Part shown: positions 9,499-17,842 of the stretch, in pieces | How the letters are laid out: the number at the start of each line of letters is the position of its first letter | Numbering within the stretch: the stretch's first letter is position 1 | Origin: an uncultured Gemmatimonadales bacterium | GTDB taxonomy: Bacteria > Gemmatimonadota > Gemmatimonadetes > Gemmatimonadales > GWC2-71-9 | DNA length: 64,000 nt | Direction of reading: 5' to 3' | Assembly: GCA_963728915.1 (NCBI GenBank) | Contig: CAVSLV010000003.1 | Location: forward strand, 96,001-160,000 | Made by a program: the position numbers and the translations under genes | Notes under the pieces: model-generated | What the model was told of the DNA's origin: nothing | The model's database searches: none | The model's input: only the letters and a program-made list of their open reading frames with translations

Positions 9499-9816
9499 AT
9501 GCGGCAAGAAGACGACAGCAGGGAGATGGACGATGAGAGCGAGGAGCCCTCGGATCGCGATCTCGATCTCGAAGAGGGTGAGGAGGCGGGCTCGGAGGGT
9601 ACCCGGCAGCGCCGGGAGACCGGTCGCCGAACCGGAACCGCGGGCCGGACGGCCGGGGCAGAAAAATCCGGCCATCGGACGTCAGGTCGGCACAGCAGCC
9701 GCGGCTCCCCCGGAACCGGCAGTCGCGCTCCATCGAGCGATCGCTCCCGCCAGTCCCGATCGTCGGGACGAAGTGGCCGTGGCTCAGGGCAGAGCGGCGG
9801 CAGGCGGGCCCGGTGA
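9499..9816 (+). CDS. Low-complexity hydrophilic protein (acidic N-half, Arg/Ser/Gly-rich C-half)
   Basis: 105-aa ORF with an AAGG RBS-like site upstream, in the stress-gene cluster. Confidence 0.5.
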   Translation: MRQEDDSREMDDESEEPSDRDLDLEEGEEAGSEGTRQRRETGRRTGTAGRTAGAEKSGHRTSGRHSSRGSPGTGSRAPSSDRSRQSRSSGRSGRGSGQSGGRRAR

Positions 9817-9850
9817 CTCGCGGGGCAGACGCCGGGTTTTCACGCCGCGC

Positions 9851-10018
9851 GTGGTGGAGGCGGCGCTCGCGGGGCTCGTCGCGTCCGGTGTGGGCCTGGG
9901 CGGGGTCGCCGCGTCGACGGCCCAGCTCGCCGGGATCCTCCTCACGATCTCGGGTGCGGGTCTGGTTGTACTGCTGGTGACCGGAGCGGCGGGTCGGCGA
10001 CGCTGGACCCTGCGATAG
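9851..10018 (+). CDS. Possible small two-helix membrane peptide
   Basis: C-terminal part of ORF 9533..10018 has two hydrophobic segments and a basic tail. The start (GTG 9851) is uncertain. Confidence 0.3.
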   Translation: MVEAALAGLVASGVGLGGVAASTAQLAGILLTISGAGLVVLLVTGAAGRRRWTLR

Positions 10019-10079
10019 CGCGTTAGGCGCCGCCCGCCCGATCGCCCCGAAGCCTGGGGAGGGAGGAAGGAGCTCCCCC

Positions 10080-10672
10080 TCAGGCTCCGGAGGCGCGGAA
10101 GCCTTCTTTGGCGAGGATCTTGAGCGTCATGTCGTAGATCCGGCGCTCGAGCATGCCGGTGCTCCGACATTCGCGGGTATTGGGCTGGGCCCGGGGAATG
10201 TCCACCGCGCTTGCGAGCAGAACGGTCCGCAGCTCGATGGTATCCCCGGCACCCGGGGTGAGAAACGTGATCATCCCCATGGAGATCTTGTACAGCTCGG
10301 CCCACAGCCCGTTCACATCCTGACCGCACTCCAGATACATCGCGAGCGAGCGACCACCCAGATCGGAGCGGGCCGAGAACTGGTCATTCCCAACGATGAA
10401 TCTGGTGGAGTCCGCGATGCTCACCGGGATCTTCAGGGCGCCATAGGCTTGCGCCACCGCCGCGAGCATCCGCCGGAGCTCCGGAAGGCGGGACTCTCCT
10501 GGCCCAACCTGAGGCGCTTCGATGCCAAGGACCACCCCCATGGTATCGGAAATGTCCCGGGAAAGACGTGGAGCTCGAGGCGCCGGCTTCCAGGCTGGTA
10601 CCAGGGTCGCTCCTGCGCCGCGAGTGGAAGCCCGGCGAGGAGGAGGAACAAGAACGGAATGGCGGCTTTCAT
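10080..10672 (-). pseudogene. Secreted hypothetical protein with a frameshift near 10555-10562
   Basis: Signal peptide MKAAIPFLFLLLAGLPLAAQ (ATG 10672) is in one frame and the body (...DTMGVVLG...YLECG...ECRSTGMLERRI) in another. The span is 593 nt (3n-1). Confidence 0.65.
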
Positions 10673-10695
10673 AGGGGCCTGTAGCGGCCCCTCAA

Positions 10696-11355
10696 TCAGG
10701 ACGCGAAGCTCGGAAAGGGCAAGGGCGAAGGCCGGGTACACAACATTCCGCGCGCCATCAGGGCGAAGGACGTCAGGTCGACCAGCGACTTTCCTTCGTA
10801 CGCCCGGATGAGGAGATCGGGTGAGACGGAGACCAGGATCGAGGAGACCGGAGGCAGGGCGACCGAGGTCGCCGCATAGAGAGCCATCCCCGCTCCAATC
10901 CAGGCCCACTCCTGCTGGGCAAGCGATCCATCCTCCCTGATCGCGCGGGTCAAAATCGTCCAAAGCCCGGCGCTCAGCAGCACGAGGCCGGCGAAAGGCT
11001 CGGCCAGGAGGCTGAAGGTTCTGGTGTTTTCGATCCCGATCACCATGATGACCCACACGCCGATCAGCAGGGGGATCAACAGCCGCAGCATTCTGGTGGA
11101 GCGGGCCGAGGTCTGCCACAGCGAGAGGATCCACAGCGCGATCGCGGTGACGACCGGAGTCAGCAGGTAGTTGAGCAGATGGTTGTTCCGGTCGAGCAAC
11201 GCGAGCCAGAGCGTCGCGGCATCGAACAGAAGCAGCAGACCGGCCCACGCGGCGGTCCACCGCTGGGCTCGACTCAGTTTGCGGTGGAACACCGCCGCGA
11301 GCAGGGGAAGGCCCTGGGACGCGCTTCCGGCATACACCACCCAGGGGATTTTCAC
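10696..11355 (-). CDS. Uncharacterised ~7-TM membrane protein (candidate sensor partner)
   Basis: 219 aa with seven hydrophobic stretches. It starts 6 nt after the stop of the small Cys protein. Confidence 0.85.
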   Translation of the reverse strand: MKIPWVVYAGSASQGLPLLAAVFHRKLSRAQRWTAAWAGLLLLFDAATLWLALLDRNNHLLNYLLTPVVTAIALWILSLWQTSARSTRMLRLLIPLLIGVWVIMVIGIENTRTFSLLAEPFAGLVLLSAGLWTILTRAIREDGSLAQQEWAWIGAGMALYAATSVALPPVSSILVSVSPDLLIRAYEGKSLVDLTSFALMARGMLCTRPSPLPFPSFAS

Positions 11356-11361
11356 CTCGGG

Positions 11362-11670
11362 TCAGGTATTGAGCCCGCTGCCATCATCACAGAAAGGCGG
11401 ACAGGGGAAGTGGAACTCCAGAAGAATCCCCGCCGTCATGTCCTGGTCCTTGGCGTCCACGCCCACCAGGACGAACTGGGTCTCGTCCTTGTCGTTGAGC
11501 CCGGTGTAGATCCGGAACGCCACGCAGCCCGGCTGGGCCAGCAGCTCCCGGACCTGGTCGGCGTGAAACGCTCCGGCCTTGATCGCGCCGGGGTCGCGTT
11601 GGCGCCATCGCCGGGTCATGGCGGCGGCATCATTGAGCGCAATGCGGTGATTACGAGCGGGGAGCGGCAT
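11362..11670 (-). CDS. Small uncharacterised protein with C-terminal PCPPFC motif
   Basis: 102 aa with a strong GGAGG RBS and no signal peptide. Ends ...FVLVGVDAKDQDMTAGILLEFHFPCPPFCDDGSGLNT. Confidence 0.85.
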   Translation of the reverse strand: MPLPARNHRIALNDAAAMTRRWRQRDPGAIKAGAFHADQVRELLAQPGCVAFRIYTGLNDKDETQFVLVGVDAKDQDMTAGILLEFHFPCPPFCDDGSGLNT

Positions 11671-11685
11671 ACAGTCCTCCGGAGG

Positions 11686-13125
11686 TTAAGGGGAGCGCGC
11701 CGAGCGAGCGCGCGACTCCGCCTCGCTCAGACGGATCAGAATCGCGTGCCGAAGCAGGGCCCATTCGTCGCGCAGCTTCAGGGCTTGCCGGATTCGGGCT
11801 CGATGGAAGGTGATCGTCGCGGTGGAGAGGTGGAGCCGCTTGCCGATCGCTTCGGAGCTCCGGCCTTCGCCGATCAGCCGCATGATCCGTTGCTGGGTCG
11901 GGGTCAGCTTGGCGAGGGCAAAGCGGAGCTTGTTGGTGGATCGGTAGGTCTGCCGCGCCGGGACCAGAGGCGAGATGTACACCTTGCCGGCGAGGACCTC
12001 ATCGACGGCGTGGCACAGCTCCGGGACATCGGCATCCTTGGGAACGAATCCGCGCGCCCCCGACTGAATCGTGGCGTCGGCGAGGACCCGGTCGAGGTGC
12101 ATGGTCACCACCAGAATCTTCACCTTGGGTGCGACACCGCGTAGCTCCTGAATGACTTCGAGACCGCTCTGGTCCGGCAGGCTGAGGTCGAGCAGCACGA
12201 GGTCCGGGTGGTGCTTGCGACAGGCCCGGATGCCCTCCTCGCCGCTTCCCACCATCGCGACGATGTCACAGGATTCCTCGAGGGCGGCCCGGATGCCCTG
12301 GAGCATCAGGTGGTGATCGTCGACCAGGACCACGCGGGGCCGGGTCATTCGGGCCGTCTCCGTCCCGGCGGAGCCTGGCACGATGGCGCGCACTTCGGTT
12401 CCCTTCCCCGGCGCCGATTTCACCTCGACCATGCCTCCCGCGAGCACCGCCCGCTCTTTCATCGAGAGAAGTCCGATTCCCCGTGCCCGCGCGCGCGTGT
12501 CGCCCTCGAATCCCTTCCCGGTATCCCGCACCACCAGCTCCACGGCCGTTGGGCTCACCTGCAGCTTGACCGTCGCGGCATCCGCCTCCGCATGGCGAAC
12601 CACGTTCTGGAGCGCCTCCTGGGCAATGCGATAGAGGGCCACCGCGGCTTCCGGCTTCAGGGCGATTATTTCGCCGGGCGGTCCCTCCCACTTCACTTCG
12701 AAGCCGGCATCCTCTCCCACCTCATGGCACAGGGTTTCGAGCGCGACCGCCAAACCACCCCGATCGATGATGGGGGGGTGAATCCGGTGCGCCAGGCCGC
12801 GAAGAAAACCCGCCAGGTCGCGCAGCTCGCTCCGGATGGCCAGGGCCCGTTCTTCGGTCTCGGGCGAAGGCGCCGATGTCGCCAGCTCCTCGCATTCCCG
12901 CTCGAGATGGGCGACCCATTGCACCGCTCCATCATGGACTTCCCGGGACATCCACCCGCGCTCCGCTTCCTGGGCCTCGAGGACTTTCCTGGCATGGCTG
13001 CGGTGCAACCGCAGGAACCGCCGCTGGGAGAACACGACCGCGGCCACGAAAGCGGCCAGCAGGACCAGCGCGACCAGAATGCCGCTCAAGAAGACCGACC
13101 ACACCGCGAGAGGAGAATTCGCCAT
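11686..13125 (-). CDS. NarX-type (HisKA_3) histidine kinase in frame with a NarL/LuxR-type response regulator (regulator part 11686-12348)
   Basis: One N-terminal TM, H-box SREVHDGAVQ, YRIAQEALQNVVRHA, DTGKGF, GIGLLSMKERA. Then a receiver (VVLVDDH, LLDLSLP, FVPK) and a LuxR HTH (LTPTQQRIMRLIGEGRSSEAIGKRLHLS). AGGAG RBS upstream. Confidence 0.9.
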   Translation of the reverse strand: MANSPLAVWSVFLSGILVALVLLAAFVAAVVFSQRRFLRLHRSHARKVLEAQEAERGWMSREVHDGAVQWVAHLERECEELATSAPSPETEERALAIRSELRDLAGFLRGLAHRIHPPIIDRGGLAVALETLCHEVGEDAGFEVKWEGPPGEIIALKPEAAVALYRIAQEALQNVVRHAEADAATVKLQVSPTAVELVVRDTGKGFEGDTRARARGIGLLSMKERAVLAGGMVEVKSAPGKGTEVRAIVPGSAGTETARMTRPRVVLVDDHHLMLQGIRAALEESCDIVAMVGSGEEGIRACRKHHPDLVLLDLSLPDQSGLEVIQELRGVAPKVKILVVTMHLDRVLADATIQSGARGFVPKDADVPELCHAVDEVLAGKVYISPLVPARQTYRSTNKLRFALAKLTPTQQRIMRLIGEGRSSEAIGKRLHLSTATITFHRARIRQALKLRDEWALLRHAILIRLSEAESRARSARSP

Positions 13126-13189
13126 GCGCCTGCTCCTGGAAAAGCCAAGACGCCGCGGCGGGCCGGGCCCGGGAGAAAACGGCGGGGGA

Positions 13190-13205
13190 CTATGACATCT
13201 TATAG
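13190..13205. promoter_or_regulatory. Palindromic 16-bp box, copy 1 (CTATGA-CATC-TTATAG)
   Basis: 15/16 identical to the copy at 14631-14646. Lies 65-80 bp upstream of the kinase start. Confidence 0.6.
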
Positions 13206-14590
13206 CCCCCCCCGTGGGCCGCCGCGGCCGTGCCCCCCGGATCGCGCTCGATCCGGGGAAGGTAGACCGTGAAGGTCGATCCCCATCCGAGGGCGCTCTG
13301 GACCTGAATCCGGCCTCCGGCGCGCCTCACCATGTCGTCGACGGTGGAGAGCCCGAGGCCGGTGCCTTTGGCGGGCTCCTTGGTCGTAAAGAACGGCTCG
13401 AGGGACCGGGCCTGGGTCTCGGCGCTCATGCCGATCCCCGAATCGCTGACCGACAGCAGAACGAATCCACCCGCATTGGCGGTTTCAATGGTCAGGATGC
13501 CGCCCGAAGGCATGGCATCCCTGGCGTTGACCGCGAGACTCATGAGAATCTGTTCGAGCTGGCCGGAGTCGAACAGGATAGGGTCGAGGTCGGCCGCCAA
13601 CCGGGTATGGATCTGAATATCCTCCCCCAGCACCCGGCGCAATAGCTGGCCGGTGGTCCCGATCACCTGGTTGAGGTCGAGGGACTCCGGCTGGGCCGCG
13701 CCCTTGCGGCTGAACCGGAGCAGCTGGCCGGTGAGGGCGGCGGCCCGCTGTGCGGCATCGTGAATCTCCTTGAGGGTCGATCGCAGGTCGGGGAGCCGGG
13801 CGGCCTCGTGCTCGAGCGCGATCTCACAGTTGCCGTAGATCACGGTCAGGAGGTTGTTGAAGTCGTGGGCCACCCCACCGGCGAGCCGGCCGATCGCCTC
13901 CATGCGAAGCGCATGATGGAGCTGGGCCTCGAGGTCCTGGCGATCCCGCACCGCACGATCGGCGTCCTCCCGGTACCCCATGAGCCTCTCGACCTGCTCG
14001 AGCATTCCGAGGCGATCGTCGCGAGTCCGTTGCAGTTGTTCCATCATCCATCCCAACCGGGCCGGCAGGCGCCGCTCCTCCTCGGACTCGAGCAGGACCT
14101 GGGGAGGCTCGAAGAAGACATTGGAGCACGGTTCGCTATCCATGACGACGTGACGGTGCGATCGGAGGCCGTTCAGCAGGCGGCGGGGATCATTCCCCAT
14201 CCGGGAATAGAGGCACAACACGGTGATGTGCCTGTCCTCAAGAAAGGCGTCGAGCAGCGCTTCGCCGGAGAGGAGTGGCTCGCCCGGGGGGCTGGCCACG
14301 ACTCGGAGGCCGGTTTCGCCGCTCAACAGGGCATCGTCATAGGCCCGTCGAATCTCGCCGATCCGGTCCGAGCCCACCGGAAGGAAAGCGACCGTATCGG
14401 CCTCGATCCCGGCTTCCCGGAGCACGTCACGGATAATGGCTTCGTCCGATTCGTCGAGCTGGCAGACCACTCGCTCGCCCCGTTCCGGCGCCCCCCGCAC
14501 GAACGGCACGAGGACGTCGGCCAGCTCTTCGGGTCGCTCGAAGAGGAGGCAGCAATGGTTGGGGATGGGCTGGTCGGGGATTCCCGGCAT
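13190..14590 (-). CDS. MEDS-domain sensor histidine kinase (CckA/NtrB-like core, no receiver)
   Basis: N-terminal HCCLLFERPEELADVLVPFVRG...GERVV...LCLY (MEDS-like). H-box GGVAHDFNNLL, NARDAM, PFFTTK, GTGLGL. Confidence 0.85.
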   Translation of the reverse strand: MPGIPDQPIPNHCCLLFERPEELADVLVPFVRGAPERGERVVCQLDESDEAIIRDVLREAGIEADTVAFLPVGSDRIGEIRRAYDDALLSGETGLRVVASPPGEPLLSGEALLDAFLEDRHITVLCLYSRMGNDPRRLLNGLRSHRHVVMDSEPCSNVFFEPPQVLLESEEERRLPARLGWMMEQLQRTRDDRLGMLEQVERLMGYREDADRAVRDRQDLEAQLHHALRMEAIGRLAGGVAHDFNNLLTVIYGNCEIALEHEAARLPDLRSTLKEIHDAAQRAAALTGQLLRFSRKGAAQPESLDLNQVIGTTGQLLRRVLGEDIQIHTRLAADLDPILFDSGQLEQILMSLAVNARDAMPSGGILTIETANAGGFVLLSVSDSGIGMSAETQARSLEPFFTTKEPAKGTGLGLSTVDDMVRRAGGRIQVQSALGWGSTFTVYLPRIERDPGGTAAAAHGGGYKMS

Positions 14591-14630
14591 GCGGTTTGAC
14601 GCTACGGTTCCCCACCCAGGGCCGCAAGAT

Positions 14631-14646
14631 CTATAACATCTTATAG
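14631..14646. promoter_or_regulatory. Palindromic 16-bp box, copy 2 (CTATAA-CATC-TTATAG)
   Basis: Perfect 6-4-6 inverted repeat in the divergent intergenic region, 9 bp before a TTGACG hexamer. Confidence 0.6.
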
Positions 14647-14727
14647 TCGTCTTTTTTGACGCCGTGCCGCAGTGGCGCGATCCGGTGCATGCGGTAGCTT
14701 CTCGCTTTCCTCTGCTGCGAAGGCGCC

Positions 14728-15033
14728 ATGTTCAAGGGTACCACGCCGGCCGGTGTTCCCGTCATCGCCGAGCTTGGGCTCGACGCCACGGCGAGCGGGT
14801 CGGCTTTCCTGACGATTGCGTGGAGCGCGGGAGCCGGCACCGGCCTGCAGGATTCCTGTACCGTCGCGCCCGGTGGATTCGGCAAAGTGGGAATCACTCC
14901 ACACGAGCCGGGCTTTCTGAGGGTGTACGTGGACATGAGCACCGAAACCGACGCCGGGATCCTCGAGGTCCAGCCGCCGACGCCGCCTGAGCGGATCCAG
15001 GGTGACACGACCTGGACCTACAGCGTGGAATGA
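14728..15033 (+). CDS. Small beta-rich hypothetical protein
   Basis: 101 aa with a GAAGG RBS-like site. ATGA overlap with the next gene. Confidence 0.65.
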   Translation: MFKGTTPAGVPVIAELGLDATASGSAFLTIAWSAGAGTGLQDSCTVAPGGFGKVGITPHEPGFLRVYVDMSTETDAGILEVQPPTPPERIQGDTTWTYSVE

Positions 15034-16293
15034 CGACGCGCTCCCTGCCCCGGCTCGGCGCCTTGATCCTCATTCTGGCGTCTCCACTCGCCGCACAGGA
15101 GCGAACGCCGGCTGGGTCGGACTCGCTGTGCGCCGCGGTCCTCAGCTCGCACCATGCGCCGGGCGCAAGTTGCCGCGCGCTCGCCGTCGAACTCGTCACC
15201 AGGGCAACCGAACGGCTCTATCAACCGGGTCCGAGGGAGATCCAGAACACCGCGCCGAGGGCCGCCGCGGCCGGCACCCCCGCGCAGACTGAAGCGGTGC
15301 CCGGCGTTCAGCCGCTCGCCGTGAGCGGAGCCGCCATCGCGGCGATCGGCACCGATTCGGGATCGCAGGTCCGTCGCGACCATCACCCTGAATCCCGCGG
15401 TCCTGTTCGTTTCGCCGGGAGATGCGGAGGCGATGGCGAGGGCCTCCCGCATCGCGGACCTGACGATGGTCGTGCCGATCGACGATCTCGACCGCGACCA
15501 CGACGGGAAGGTCGACTACGTCGGTGTCCGGCTCCGGCTCAACCTCACCGGGGCCCGCGCGGGGCGAGCAGTGCGTGAAGCGGGGCAAGCCTTCCTCCAA
15601 ACCGTCGAGGCGGAAGCCGACCTGGTGAACGGGGTGCTGGCGGCGCTCCGGCGTTCGACAAGCCCCTCGTCATGCGCGGCGGCGCTTCTCGCCACCACGC
15701 CGTCGGCGGCGACCATCACCCGGCGTTGCGGCGGTGAGGTGGCGCTGGAGACCGACCCGGAGCTCTATCGTGAAATGCATACCCGGATCCTCAGGGCCCG
15801 CCGGGATGCGGATGCCCGGTACCTCGGACTGGATCTGCGGGCCGACCTCGGCGATCCGACCTTCAACGGCAGCGTTCCGGACGGCACCCGGGCTCTGAGC
15901 GCTGCCGTGGCCCTGGGCCGGAGGATCGTCCCGCTCGGGGAGGACGGTACCAGCGCCGGATTCCGGGTCAGGGCCGGGATGCGTTACGTCCAGCTTCCGA
16001 CGCCAGGGCCGACCGGGTTCGCCTTCGACGGCAACCTGGGGTTCGAGCTGTTTCGGCCCCTCGACGAAGAAAACGGATTAGGCCTTTCGGCGGGAATGGA
16101 GTTCCGTTATGGCGGGGATCGGGGACGTGAATCCGAAATGGCGACGAACTACACGGCCTTCCGGTTCGGGCTGTCGGTGCCGATTGCCGGCGGATCGGGG
16201 ATCGCAGTCGGGATCACCGCGCCGATCGATGGGACGATCTCGCCGGCCCTCACCGTCAACTTCAACTGGAGTCTGCTGCTGCCGCGCCGGTGA
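15030..16293 (+). pseudogene. Secreted or outer-membrane hypothetical protein with a frameshift near 15370
   Basis: Signal peptide MTTRSLPRLGALILILASPLAAQ...GTDSGSQ continues one base off as VATITLNPAVLF...DLDRDHDGKVDY...ALTVNFNW. The span is 1264 nt (3n+1). Confidence 0.7.
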
Positions 16294-16531
16294 GTCGGTG
16301 GCCAGCTCACGGAGCAGTCAGCATTGAAACCAGGAACGTGCGGCTCCAGAAGGAAGGAAGGGAGGAATGAGACGCCGGTATGGGCGATCCAGCACGACCA
16401 GCTCGGCGTCCAGCATCTGGTTCGCTTCCGCGTCGTTCCGGACACTCCGCGCATCTAATACCTGTCGCGCAAGGACCCCCGAACAGAGTCGGCGCGGTAT
16501 CTTGAAACGTCGCTCCCCGATCCAGAGGAAC

Positions 16532-17842
16532 ATGCATCCAGCTCGCGTCGGCTTGTCCTTATATATGCTGACCGTGGCGCTGATGCCGGGTGCCCTTCCG
16601 GCCCAGCAACGCGCGATCACCCTGACCCAGGCCATTGAGCTGGCGGCGCACGCTGACCCTGCGGTGGTCCAGGCCGAAGGCACGACCCGCTCCGCCGACG
16701 CCGCGGTCCGAGTGGCCTGGGGATCGTTCCTCCCTCAGCTCACGACCGGAGCGAGCTACGGCAAGAGCTTCTCGGCACTCCCGTCCCGGATCGATCCCCT
16801 GACCAACGAGGTGATCACCGGCGGGGTGACTCAAGGTTCCTTGAGTCTCAACGCCACCGCCAGCGTTCCCATTTTCACGGGGTTCCGTCGCGGCGCCGAT
16901 CTGTCCGCGGCCCGGGCCGACGCGGCCGATGCCGACGCGGCCTTCATCGATGCCCGGGCGCAATCCGCCCTTCGGACCACCAACCAGTTCATCACGGCCT
17001 TGCAATCGGCCGACCTGCTGCGGGCCCAGCAGGATGCGATTCGCCGCGCCGAAGAAAAGCTCGCGATTGCCACCGCGAAGATCGCCACCCGCGCGGCCAC
17101 CATTTCCGATTCGCTGACCGCGGTCGTGGATGTCTCCCGCGCCCGGGCCCAGCTCCTCACCGATCAGCGTGCCCTCACCGAGGCGGAAGCGACCCTGGCG
17201 CGCATGATCGGGCTCGACGGGCGGATATCGGCTACGCCCGATTCTTCGCTCTTCGACTTCGTCGAGATCGCCGACAGCGCCGCCCTGTTCGACGAGGCCG
17301 AATCGCGTTCTCCCGAGGTGGTGCGGGCGGATGCCAAGGTCCGTGCCGCGAACGCCCGGGTGACGTCGTCCAAATCCAGTTACTGGCCCGCGCTCACGCT
17401 GGGCGCCAACACCTCGCTCAACGGCAGCAGCCAGAGCAGCTATGACCTCTCCAACACCCGGGGATTCAGCGTGGGAGTTTCCTGGCCGCTTTTCAACGGA
17501 TTCCAGCGAGAACGCACCCTGGTGCAGGCGCACGCCAACGCTGACTACGCCATCTCGTCCGCTGCCGACGCCCGTCGCGATGTCTCTTCGCGACTGATCA
17601 CCCAGCTCGCCTCGCTCCGGATCGCGGAGCAGCGCATCAGGCTCACCGCGCAGAGCCTCGACGCGGCCCGCGCCAACGCTAGGGTGCAGGCGGAGCGCTA
17701 CCGGCTGGGCACCATCCAGATCACCGATCTCAACCTGGCGCAGGACGCCCTGAGCGCCGCGGAGCAGGACGCCATCAACGCGCGGTACGACTACCTCAGG
17801 GCGCGAGCGCAGATCGAGGCGATTCTCGGGAGAAAACTATGA
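16532..17842 (+). CDS. TolC-family outer-membrane efflux protein
   Basis: Signal peptide, ITLTQAIELA, two OEP repeats (LPQL/WPAL, PIFTG/PLFNG) and ERYRLG. GAGGA RBS before ATG 16532. Confidence 0.92.
   Translation: MHPARVGLSLYMLTVALMPGALPAQQRAITLTQAIELAAHADPAVVQAEGTTRSADAAVRVAWGSFLPQLTTGASYGKSFSALPSRIDPLTNEVITGGVTQGSLSLNATASVPIFTGFRRGADLSAARADAADADAAFIDARAQSALRTTNQFITALQSADLLRAQQDAIRRAEEKLAIATAKIATRAATISDSLTAVVDVSRARAQLLTDQRALTEAEATLARMIGLDGRISATPDSSLFDFVEIADSAALFDEAESRSPEVVRADAKVRAANARVTSSKSSYWPALTLGANTSLNGSSQSSYDLSNTRGFSVGVSWPLFNGFQRERTLVQAHANADYAISSAADARRDVSSRLITQLASLRIAEQRIRLTAQSLDAARANARVQAERYRLGTIQITDLNLAQDALSAAEQDAINARYDYLRARAQIEAILGRKL

Noticed and set aside
16318..16540. Possible small minus-strand ORF upstream of the TolC gene
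   Set aside because: No recognisable motif or convincing start and RBS, and it overlaps the TolC start region.
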